From Yuukianura sp. NJ FZ-2021 (taxonomy: Eukaryota): a stretch of 64,000 nt of DNA. The first letter of the stretch is position 1, and every line of letters begins with the position of its first letter. The notes beneath the pieces were generated by a model. The model saw nothing but the letters and a program-made list of their open reading frames with translations. It had not been told where the DNA came from and searched no databases. The stretch lies in contig CM102290.1 in the NCBI GenBank assembly GCA_046563655.1, positions 7,688,001 to 7,752,000 of the forward strand. The letters run 5' to 3'. Below are positions 25,910-37,684 of the stretch, one piece after another. A program made the position numbers and the translations under genes.

Positions 25910-27689
25910 ATCAAAAACAAATAATATGCGCAAAAAGAGTTCAACAAACTTTGACCTATATAGTAGTTCAGATTCGTTTGCTACTAAATTGTTAGTTTCT
26001 CTTAAAACTTTTGGACAGTTTGGTTCTGATTTTATTGAAAAAACGCCAAAGGTCTGTTGTTATGCGAATTAACTAATTACTTTTTAGTTTAAATTGACAG
26101 CGGACTTTCACTTGTCCACTAAAGCTATTTCCCATTTGGAGAATAAGAGACACTACGGGAGCTTTTGTTTTTGCTCACTCACAGATTCATTGCACATCTC
26201 CTTTTCATCTCCATTTACCGTTCCACTTTCCAAAATTTCAATTTGTTTCGTTTCCGGCGACAGTGTTGTCAGTTCCCAGAACGTTGCGGGAGGCCCCTTG
26301 TCTCCTGTATGGTTGTCATAGTGAGCAGTTGTGTGACATTGGCAGGGGGCCCTTGGACTATGGTAGACACAAGATTTATCTTTGGTAGTCAAATCCATCT
26401 CTAGCTCTGCCATGAAGTCGTTCATTGCAAACAGTTCTACAGAATTTCCACTTTTGTTGATGGAGAAAGATGAAGAGGTAGGCGGGGACCTTGTGCGGCT
26501 GATGCAGGCACTTCGTCCATCCTAATGGAATGAAATGAATGATGAAAGAGGTGAAGAAGGTCATGAAAAATGTGGAGTCGACGGTCCCTTGACTTCAAAA
26601 AAAGAAAGAAAAAACCATCCACTTTCACTGAACAGGGAATCACAATTCATTGATCTACGCTCTGCGGCACAAATTGCCAATTTATTACTTCCACTGACCA
26701 CTGCCCACTTTGTGAAAAAGAATTAAGTAGTTCTAAGTTGCTTCTACTTCGATTTGAAGGGTTTGAGTACTTTGGTTGTGTTTTATACGAAGAGATGAAG
26801 TTTTATTTAACAAAAACTGTAAAAAAAAAAAAAAATAGCTTGTCTACTTTTTTCTGGACTTTGACTGCAAACAAAATGGATTCCGCAGTAAATTTTATTT
26901 TGCCTCAAACGTCGAAATTCGAATTTGTAAATTGAAAAAGGAGCTTAAAAACGTTATAAACCATTTCAGAGGCGATTCAAAAAACGGATCAAAGGATTTG
27001 AATTTTTTTTAAATATATGAAGTAGATCTGTCAAACCAGACGCCATTTCTCACGCCTGAATAATTTTAAGATGGATCAAAACTCGTATTGACAGAAAGAC
27101 GCTTTTATAATTGCATTTTATCTTGTTTCATTGTGGTATTTCTCACAAAAATTCTTCAAAGGAAATTTTTCTCGGTTGAGTGTTGTAACATATAGAATAG
27201 ATAAATAAATAGTAACTATATAGTAGGTTGTGGAGAATTCGTGTGTACATGTTTTCACTTTTTGTCAAAATAATTTAGAACTATAGAATTCAAAAGCTGA
27301 AAAAAAATAACAGAAAGTCATTAAAATTCAAAGCCTTTTTGAGGAATATTACGTAACAAAAATAAAGTCTACTTAGCTTTTTTCCTGTCGATTCAGCTTC
27401 ATTACATTACTTTCAGCATCATCTTTCAGCATTAGTCTCATTTAAATAATTTTATTTTAAGCTTTAATGTAACTGACAACTTTCTACATCGCTTGTAGCA
27501 GCTTACTTGTAATGTCTTCAAAAAGGCATGAATTAAAAAAAATCTCTGTCCCAGGTTTACGTCAAATTCCACATTCAAACATTGTACAAAATTTGGAAAA
27601 TGTCTGTAGCAAAAATTGATACAAAGAAGTCACATAATTCATTCCAAGTAGGAACAATTTCTAAGATAAAATCAACGGTTCCATGCCAT

Positions 27690-27852
27690 TGCATCAATTG
27701 CATTGTGTCAACGACAATTGTATCAATTTGAATTGCATCAACGGCTAATTGTATCAACGAGCCAATTGTATCAACTGGAGAATTGTGTCAACTGGCGAGT
27801 TATAACTGGGAAATTGTATCAACTGGGAAATTGTGTCAACTGGTAAATTATG
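27690..27852. repeat. Minisatellite of ~15-18-bp units (AATTGTATCAACTGG-like), about 9 copies
   Basis: Repeated ATTG(T/C)(A/G)TCAA cores are directly visible. Confidence 0.8.
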
Positions 27853-29536
27853 CTTCAAAATTTTCTTTAGAAAAACAGACGTCATTAATTTTTTTTCCAG
27901 TTAACTAACTAATACTCAAACATTGTTCTATAAAAGAAAACAAAAATTTTACTCTGCATTAACACAATAATGCAACAACGGAACCACTTGGAAATGAAAG
28001 CACTGAAACTAAATCAAAGCTAAATCGTAACTTAAAAAACTTTACGTTAATAATGAAATTAGGAACCTAACCGAAAAAAAAATCAAATTAAACGTAGAAA
28101 CTGACATTGTGTGCAATTACAAGCAAATATTTGGAAGTGGTTCAGTTACCATAATTTTCAATAATTTTCAAAAGACGGGGTTCAAGGTCACGATATTTCT
28201 TCCTCTGAGGTTCTGCTATATTGGGATGGGAATCTATGGGAAATTTAAAAAATTCTAGCACGCTGTTTTTTAAAAACATCATCACATCTAACTTTCTAGC
28301 GTATTGCGTATAGAAAAAATCAACATTAGGCTAAAAAATTCCGTAACATGTATGCGAACTTGTTATGTTGGTAAAAATTAGTATCTTTTATTATTTGGCA
28401 TTATAAAGTAGAATCTCTTGTATATATTGGTTCAAGAATTCAAAAACTTGAGTCAATAATTTAAAAGTTTAGAGAAGTTGGTGAAAGTCGTGAAAGAATA
28501 ACAAGGAAAAAGTCCCGACATTTTTGCTTTCCTTTCGTAATGCAAATGTGAGCATTAAGTGTGAATATGATTTCCACTGAATATTTAAAGCTCAGCAAAG
28601 AAGAAGTAGAAAACGGAGGCTGCAGAAAGGTTTAGAAATTTTCTTAGAGCCGTTACAGCTTCAGCCGGTTTTTGTAGTCCAGGGATTAGGGTTGAAATAA
28701 GGAAAAAGCCTTGTGAATTTCACCTGTTTCCTTCTTCTTCCCGAAGTTTTTCCCCACATTCACTCCTGGGAAACTTCAAGCTAAAATGTAGGAGGCCCTT
28801 CACAAGGAACTTTTGTGCAGGGAAAGCAAAGGGAGGGTTAGGTTGGCTTGGCTAGAAAGAACGTTGCGTCTCACAAGCCTAAGCGACCCAAATTCCCGCA
28901 TTTGATCCTGGAAATGATGAGTAAGGACTTGCCTTCGCTTGGTTCCTTTAGTCTGCCCTCACTCTGCCACAATCCACATGGCACAACTTTCTTCGTCTCC
29001 CTTCCAACCACGATATCCCAAGGAACTTTCCCTTCAATAGTTACTTCCCGCGCTTCCGAAACTTCATAAGGACTCCAGAATCCAGGGACTGCACAAGTGG
29101 TTACACATACTGAAACCAACTTAGTGAGTAGTTATGGTGATTCGTTAGTCTTTGTCTTCTAATACTAAACGACTCCTCTGCGGATACACATTCATCTTCT
29201 CTCCGTGTTTTCTCCCCTTCGATCCACGAATCCTCTTGGATTTATGTTCCATGGCAAAAGACAACTTTAATTGACTTGTCACCAGCTTACAAAGAACATC
29301 TTCTTTATCCAGTTTTAGTTTCGACAACAACATCTTCTCGAGGTGTTAGTCGAACAATGCAAGGTGGTAATTTTCTGACTCAAAGAGAACAAAAAAGACT
29401 AGGTTAGGTTCCAAAACTTTTCTGAGATGTTCTTTAAAAGTGCACATTAGAATAATTTGAAACAAAAGAAAGTGAAAATCCTCTTAGTTGTTTTGTTTGG
29501 AAACTTTATTAGTTAATTAGCGTACGCTGATTAGTG

Positions 29537-32500
29537 ATGAGGGTGATACAAAAACAGAATCCGGGAAGGAACATAAAGAGGCCAAAGAAGCGGTCCTGTT
29601 CGTCTTTCCGTACTTTCACGTTCCTTCTGTTTTGTTTGTTTCGACTTGAGGTAGGTTCTGCTGGAAATCCGGATGCGAAACGACTCTATGATGACCTCCT
29701 GTCCAACTACAATAAACTTGTGCGACCCGTCGTCAACGTCACTGATGCTCTCACTGTCAATATCAAGCTCAAACTGTCACAACTGATCGATGTGGTAAGA
29801 TTTACAAATAAAATTTACGCTTGTTTTGTTCCATTTTCAATTTCAAGTTTTATCCAAAATCCTAAACTCAAGCTATAATTTTTGAACATTTGATGTCAAA
29901 TTGGTGATCGATTGTTGTCATTCTAAAGAATGCACCGCACTTAAACACTTATGCTATTGGTTTCATTTTTTTTTGCGACAACAACAATACTCTCAGTGCT
30001 CTTATTTTGAATCAGTGTACCGTGCGTTAACTGTAGGGAAAAAAAATCCATTTATCCCCTTTCCAGCCAACTACTTTTCATACAAAATGTGCCAATATAA
30101 ATTTTCAGACCTTGAGAGGTCAAAGGTTGCAGTTGTTTTTTTTTATTTCATTTTTTGTGAGAAGTCTTGTTGTGATTAAGGGTCACGAAGATCACGTTCT
30201 AAGGTCAATGGCCAGGAGATCTTAAGAGATTAGACTTAATTATTTATGAGCAAAATTTCTCACTTCTAGTTTGATCATCCTTGGGTCTCAACTTTCTCTC
30301 TGGTCTAAAACCATGCCCGTTTGTGCCGTATTTCATTGGGCTTGTGCCATCATGACTTTTCTTGAGGCTCAGAGGAAATTTCTTTTTGCTTCCTTCGTAA
30401 GAAAGTTGGTTAGAATTTTGACACTTGCTTCAACTGTGAAAGATGGTTTCATGGTTTCTCAACCTAGAAGATGATGGGGAACGTTCGTAGAGTAAGCTAC
30501 AAAACCTAACCTAACCAAGTAACTTTTCTGTGCTCTTCTTCAGGAAAAGTATAAGAGCAAGCACACCATCCCTCGGTTGACTGAACATTTGTGCCTCTAC
30601 TCTGCTCCTCCATTTTCTCCCAGAAACTAATTGTTGGAAAGTAGAAAGTAGCAGTCCCCACTACTTTCTTCAGTAGTCACCACTTTTCCTTTTGCTGTGA
30701 CTTTCTTCCTCGACTGCTCCGAAAGAGCATGAAATTGCGAATTCCATAAGGTTCCCAGGAAATAATCTGATTAGTGTGGTCCTCACTCCCTATTGGATAT
30801 TCGAGTAAACAAGAATCATGGCTGGTGCCTGCAGTGGTGGTAGTGGCGGTTGTGTGGCTGAAAATGAAAGGACGCTTGAGGCCAATATGAATCACAATGT
30901 GATCCATTCGATGTGATAGATAACTTCAACTTTACCCGCTTTTTCCTCCTATTTTTCCGCCGGGCATTGGTGAAATGAAGGCTGAACTCTGAAGGTTTTT
31001 GCATACTATACTTGGACTTGTGACCGCAAGACACACAATAAGCTCGATACGAACTAACCAACAGCAAAACTACCAAATTTAAAATTTTTTTTAGTTAAAA
31101 ATGATTTAATGGCAGCTATGAGGTCACACCTTGCAAAATTTTTATTCGACCGTGTGAATATTACATTCGTTTAGCGTTTGCTGAGAGGGCTTAAAAGTTG
31201 AAAATTTATCTCCTATTTAAGTTTAACGGTGTTTGAGGATCATTTTGTAGTCGATTTGGCGTAGGAGTTTATGCTTCTGTTAACGTACAAAACCATGACC
31301 AGCATGCTTTAGAAGACGAAAGAATGTGGAATTGGTCAAAAGTACGACAGAGGAAAACAACCATATCACCATCATCCCACAAACTACCAGCCTCAGTTAT
31401 TCCGCTCAAACTTCCAAAATTGCCAATACTTTTGGTTCATTTTCTTCAAAAGTACCCAGTATAAACCGAGTTCACCACAACAGCCAAAGATCTCTTCGTG
31501 AGGAGAGGATAGACGGACCAGAAGGCGCTTCAGAGGGACGTCGTTACCGTCAGGGTAATTGCGCCAAGTGCTCTCATTCCATTCCGCTTCCATCGATTGA
31601 GAATATGAAGACAGAAGGACTTTTGGAAGAAAGTGGGACTGGATTAGGAAATAAGAAAGCTCAGTTCCAGCGAACACAGCGCTTTAATCTTGAGGACTTT
31701 ATTCCACTTTCCCCAATTCCAAAATCACCCGCCACACTCTTCGGCCACTTTCACACTACCAAAAAAAAGCATCGTCTAACCTAACTTTTCCAAATCAAAC
31801 AGCTAACAAACCCGCAGAGAAGATTTTCAAGTACTGGGGATTCCTTTCCAATAACGTTCCAAAAACCTTTGGCTACAAGAAAACTATCTACTGAAAATTT
31901 CAAGTCAGGAAAGCTAACCACACCAAAAGACCTCACAGACACCCTCAGGCTTTGATATAATTTGTTTGCGAGCCAAAATTTAAAATCGATGTTAGTAGAA
32001 ACTTGGGGACTCAATTAAGATTGAGCGGTTAGAATCTAATGAAAGAATTTTAGACAGAAAACTGAATTTGGCAAGAAGAGGAGCAGAGAAAATCTAATCT
32101 TAAAAACCAATTTTCTTCTAACCTTGTGGATGTGTGAACTTAATTACCGCCTCTTAAGAACTACATCCCGCCAACCTCACCTAACGTAATAGAAAGAAAG
32201 ATAATCTAACGTAATCCAAGGGACAACGTAGCCTAAACTAATCTGACGGCGAAAAAAATTGAGAGCTTAACCTAATCAAAACGAAGAAACCGACTTCAGG
32301 CGTTGTTTTTTCAAGTTTTGTACAAATTTCTGAGATTTAGTGACTTCCAAAGTCTGGATTGATGACAACTGGGCGTTTCACTCGATTTGATTTGGAATTA
32401 GAGAGAGAAAGGAAAGCGTTGAAGCACTGCTTTGACTCGGCTCAATCCTGGAATGGATTGTATTGATTGGCGAAACGGTGGCTCCCGTTTACTACGCCTT

Positions 32501-35500
32501 CAGTGTTCAAACTGTCAAGAGACCAAGCAGCAGTCTCCGTTTTGTTTCAAATTCTCCCGCCTCTGGAAAAGCGACTTGAGTCTCCACTGTCAGGAGCCCT
32601 TCATCTATTAATTATTCATAGACTTTGTGCTTTCATAGTTGCTCTAGGACTCATGCAGTCTATTCCTCCCGGATTAAGTCCAGAAGCATCCAGGAAAGAC
32701 GCAGAGTTTGGCACAAGGAAACGCAAAGACCATTTGCAATACTTATGAAGATTAAAACAAATTGGGAACCATTTTAGGAAATTGTCTCACTTAAGACTAT
32801 CCCTCCAGCTCAGCTTCAAAATTTCAATTCACAATTATGCTGATTTCAGCTTATGAAAAAAATCTCAATTTTTCCTATCGTGACAGTATACCCAAAGAAA
32901 AATGCTAAAGATCCCGCTAAAAGTCGATTTTTTAAAGCTTGACATGTTTACCAAACCGACGCAAGATACAGCTCAATTTCTCAAAAAACTGAGAATCGAC
33001 CCGGGAGACTTCCGGAATTCTCTTGGAGACCAGACCCTTTCCTGTTTTTGAAAGAAAAACTTTTTTGGCCTTCACACGTTGAAATACAAGAACGTGACAC
33101 TTTCAGTGCCACTGGCCACACCATCTTTTACGTCCTCCCAAGTGATTTTTACGTCAAAGAAGTAAAAGGAAAGATGTTAAAGCGGAATAGGAACTTTCCC
33201 TGTTCCCTAAGTCAACACTTTGGACGTCCATTGTTGTCTCACGGACTTTATCGTTGTTGACACTCCGTTCATTTACATTCACTTACCTTAGGAAGAAGAA
33301 GTTCTAGTGCAAACACAAGGAAATACAAGCCGCAGCATAACTTTCCACTGATGTGTCAACAACCATACACTTCGGAAGTACTCCTGCTACTGCCATAATG
33401 TATTCCCTCTGACTTCGACTTAAGAAGTGTTTGAGGGCAGATTAGTTTCCATACACACATGAAAAAGGAAGTTTACGGCTACTTTCTCTTTTCTAAAATT
33501 CTATAACGTCCATGAGACCTAACCAATTTCAATAGTTCGCACAATCGTCAGACTTACCCAACTCTTCAATCCTTTTCTTCAACTTTACCACAACTGTGAC
33601 TTTCAGCTGAAAAAATATCAACTTGACATGAAATGTTAAAGTTTCATCACTAATGTTTCCCTTTCTTAACAAAAAAAGTTTTTCTACTTACTGAAAGTGA
33701 AAACATAGTCTTGTAACAATTTTTCTTTTTGGTCTTTTCTTGTAGAACCTCAAGAACCAAATCATGACAACGAATTTATGGGTGGAACAGGTAAGCAGTT
33801 ATGTCTCTATGTCACTTTTAAGAAAAAAGAAAAGAAAAGTGTCCCTGTTACATGACAGTACAGGGGTTTTTGTGGCAGCGGTTTTTTTTTAAGTAAAAAC
33901 GAAGGAAAACTACTCATTTTTAGCAAAGCTAATGAGAAAAGTTGTGTCTTTTTTTTGGAAAAAGACACAGTATATACACTAGAGAGAGAGAAAGAAAAAG
34001 AGCGAAAAGTTTAGCAAAGATCTGTTAACTTCTTTTTCAAATTTCACACGAGAATTGTGTCCATTTTAAATTAAAAATTGATTTTTGACTTTTAAATTTA
34101 AAAAAAAATCTTTTTTAACAATTTTGTGGATGTGATTTTTCATTTTGTTTTATTGATTCTTAATAGTATTGGAACGACTACAAGCTCAAATGGAATCCCA
34201 ATGAATACGGCGGAGTCAACATGCTTCACGTTCCGTCAGATCACATTTGGCGACCCGACATTGTAATGAAACACCGAAGAATTCCAAAGCGTCTTACTAA
34301 ATCAATGAATTGTCTGTTTTTTTTTCTAATTTGATTCTCATTGTTTGGTTTTTCTTTAGGTTCTGTACAACAAGTAAGGAATCACGTCTTCAATTATTCC
34401 TAGTAGAACTACAACTCTCTAGCATCAAAGTCCCTTTGCTCTCTCCGTTCTATTTTTCTAGTAACAATCCTACTCCTTTCTATCACAAATTGAACCCAAC
34501 TCTGTTCAAAAGTTCCACGCTTTCTTCTAAAATCCAAACGTAACTTTCCCAAGGGTGCAAAGGAAGGAACGCCTTCCATACCAATTGAGTGAAAGTCCAT
34601 AAAGTTACAAATGACCACCACAGTGGAGAGAAGGCGCCTCTTTTTAAAATGAACGTATTCGACTTTGAATAGAGATGTCTTCTTCTTGTGTGCGTGTATT
34701 TTAAATTTCAGTGCTGACGGGAATTTTGAAGTGACGCTGGCCACAAAGGCTACACTCTACCATGATGGGAAAGTGGAATGGAGACCGCCTGCAATATACA
34801 AGTCTTCCTGTGAGGTCAGTGGATCCTTGCAGACTGAAAGATGTACTATTGGTATATGTACCTAGAGATGTTGAAAGTAAATTGCCTAGGGATGTGCGGA
34901 CAAAATAGAAAGTTACGTTAGCAACACAAGTGTTAGAATGTCAACTTACGAAGGAAAAATTGGCGTGTAAAATCAGAGCTAAGTTTTTTTTTCTACCGAA
35001 TGTCTCTGCTTCCTCATTTCATTCTTTGGAAAGAATTTTCACAGGGAGATTTTTAAAGAATTTCGTCGCTCATCTTCTTTTTGAATGGAAGTGCCAAAGT
35101 GAAAGCAGAGAGGCGGAAAGAGTTGATGTAGAAAAATTAATAAAACTTTTTTTCAGAAGCTAAAGTTTTCTCCAGAGAGTTCCAAATGTAAAAAATAGGA
35201 ATAGGAAATTCCAAGTAAAGATTTCTTTTTAAAGATTCTTACCGGTTGAGCATTTTGTTCATTCCGTTAGCCTTTTAAATCAAAAACAATTAATTTCCAA
35301 ATCAATTTTTTTTAGATGTCTTGACCTTATGATAATTATGACCATTGACCTCACAAAAGTTTCTGTCTGCTTGTTTTAGATCAACGTCGAGTACTTTCCG
35401 TTTGACGAACAAACATGCGCAATGAAATTCGGTTCATGGACATATGACGGCTATCAAGTAAAAATATTTGTTTCTTCTGAGATTTGAAAACTTCAAATCT

Positions 35501-37684
35501 CGAATTCGCGATGATTCAGTTGACCTCTGACCTCCGTTTTGAAATTTGACGTTGTAGGTGGACTTGAGGCATATTGATGAGCAAGTGGGGTCAACTGTAG
35601 TTCCGGTTGGAGTTGATTTGAGTGAATTCTACCTGTCTGTCGAATGGGATATTCTGGACGTGCCGGCTGTACGACATGAACGTTATTATACCGTAAGATT
35701 CCTTTTTGGAAGAAAGAGAAAGGCTATGGCCTACTTTGAAAGGCCATTTGAACAGAGGATGCCATGAATGCTAACGATGACGAGTTCTTTTTCCTTTTGT
35801 CAAAATATTTTTTAGTGCTGCGAGGAGCCATATTTAGATATAACATTTAATATAACAATGCGAAGGAAGACACTGTTCTACACTGTAAATCTAATTATAC
35901 CATGCATGGGAATTTCCTTCCTCACAATCCTCGTCTTCTATCTTCCGTCCGACTCTGGAGAGAAAGTAAGTAAGCAAAAAAAAGAAGAGTTTTAGTAAAG
36001 AAAAGCACACGGACTATGTAATCTAAATTGGAGACTTCTAGAATCCAAAGTAGGAAAATCCAGAGTAGAGAAAGTCTTAGTTTGTTTCATTTTCACTTCC
36101 CAGGTGAGTCTCTCGATCTCCATTCTGCTGTCTCTGACTGTCTTCTTTCTCCTTCTGGCCGAAATTATTCCACCAACGAGTTTGGTAGTTCCACTCCTAG
36201 GAAAATTCGTACTTTTTACTATGATTCTAGACACTGTGAGGTAAGAAACGTAACGAAACAGGGTTCTAAAGCCATCCGTTTCAAAAACTGTTTAGAATTT
36301 TTAGCATTTAGACTAACACCATCACGCCTCCTAGGAATGGTTCTTGGATTTTTATTGTTTTCCATTTTCAGCATTTGTGTCACAGTGGTGGTGCTCAATG
36401 TTCACTTTCGAACGCCACAGACGCACACAATGGCTCCTTGGGTTCGACGAGTATTTCTTCACATTCTGCCACGGTTACTCGTAATGAGGAGGCCTCAGTA
36501 CTACTTGGAAAGGTACAAAATTTCAAAAAAAGCAAAGAAAAAAAGTTGGAAGATGACAAAAGCTTTTGTGCTTGGAGTGAGAGGCAACATTTTGAACTTC
36601 CTGTTCAAACCTTAACCAAACCTGCAACCAGCCATCCGGTATAATTTTGTCGTTATTTCTAAAGGCTTTCAGGGAAGTCGGGACAGACCTTAGGTTCAGC
36701 CGCTGGCTCAAGGTTTCTCGTCCGAACTTGCACGGGACTTGAACTTAGACCATCACTTTCGCTTCATGATCCTCTTCAACTAAGAGATGCTCTTGGATTT
36801 GGAGGTCTTCTGACTGGGCACTCGGCGCATGACTACTCTCCAAGGTAAGTGTGCACACGTCAATCAAATCTTAAATTTCCAGCAGGAGGTCAAGATGTGC
36901 TCAAATTTTTAAACAACTTTTCAGTCTAATAGGAGTCTTTGAAATTCGGAGTTTTGAGAAAAGTGGAGTTTTGTTCAAAGTTTTTGCAATTTCGATATTG
37001 CAAAACTTTGAAAACTTTTGTTTTCTCTAGAAAACAACTTGTTTGTTGAAGCGTTTAAAGAATTTTTTGGCAACTTATTTGGAAATCCCGCTGCGAACTT
37101 GGCAATATAGCTAGACCCGTCAATGTTTTTAGAACTGAAGTTGAAAATTATTGTTTTTAGCCAAGAAGTGGCTGATGCTCTAGGACTGAACGGAAGCTGC
37201 AAGTTGCATGGAATGCCGCCTCCACCGCCCCCACCAGTACCATCCAGAACCTCCTCCCATCCCCTCCTTCGTAAGAACAATTTAAGTGACTTGGATGGAG
37301 ACGATTCACCAAAAGAAGGGGACGAAATACCCGGGTCTTCCAGAACTTGTTGTCCGGAAGTAGCCAAGGCAGCCTACAGTGTTCGCTTCATTGCAGATCA
37401 TACGAGGAGAGAAGAAGAAACTATTCGGGTATAACCTATTCAACCTAACTTTAATTCAGTGCAAAACATAACCTCACAATTTACCCTAACATTTCTAGGT
37501 CAAAGAAGATTGGAAGTACGTCGCAATGGTGCTGGATCGCCTCTTTCTTTGGATATTTACACTCGCTGTTGTCGTCGGAACAGGCGGAATCATTTTGCAA
37601 GCACCGACACTCTACGATGATCGCGACCCCATTGACTTTCCAACTACAAACGTTATATCAAGAGTAACCAAAAGGCCTGTTTAG
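29537..37684 (+). CDS. nAChRalpha3: Nicotinic acetylcholine receptor alpha subunit, alpha3-like (~596 aa, 13 coding exons): 29537-29794, 33746-33790, 34167-34262, 34360-34373, 34712-34814, 35380-35457, 35558-35692, 35816-35965, 36104-36240, 36372-36512, 36665-36844, 37161-37428, 37499-37684
   Basis: All junctions are GT-AG and the exons sum to 1791 nt in frame. Motifs: [12 protein letters not shown], Cys-loop [15 protein letters not shown], loop B WTYDG, and vicinal cysteines YYTCCEEPY that mark an alpha subunit. TM2-TM3 [44 protein letters not shown] matches insect alpha3. TM4 region reads [18 protein letters not shown]. The N-terminal start is less certain. Confidence 0.93.

Noticed and set aside
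27690..27852. CRISPR-like array
   Set aside because: Degenerate head-to-tail units with no unique spacers, no cas genes, and a eukaryotic context.
35431..35450. Loop B Tyr-to-Ser target-site resistance change (planthopper Y151S type)
   Set aside because: Both subunits retain SWTYDG.
36028..36615. 195-aa ORF as one coding unit
   Set aside because: Only 36372-36512 is in the receptor frame. The TM2-TM3 exon (36104-36240) is in a different frame and the rest is intron.
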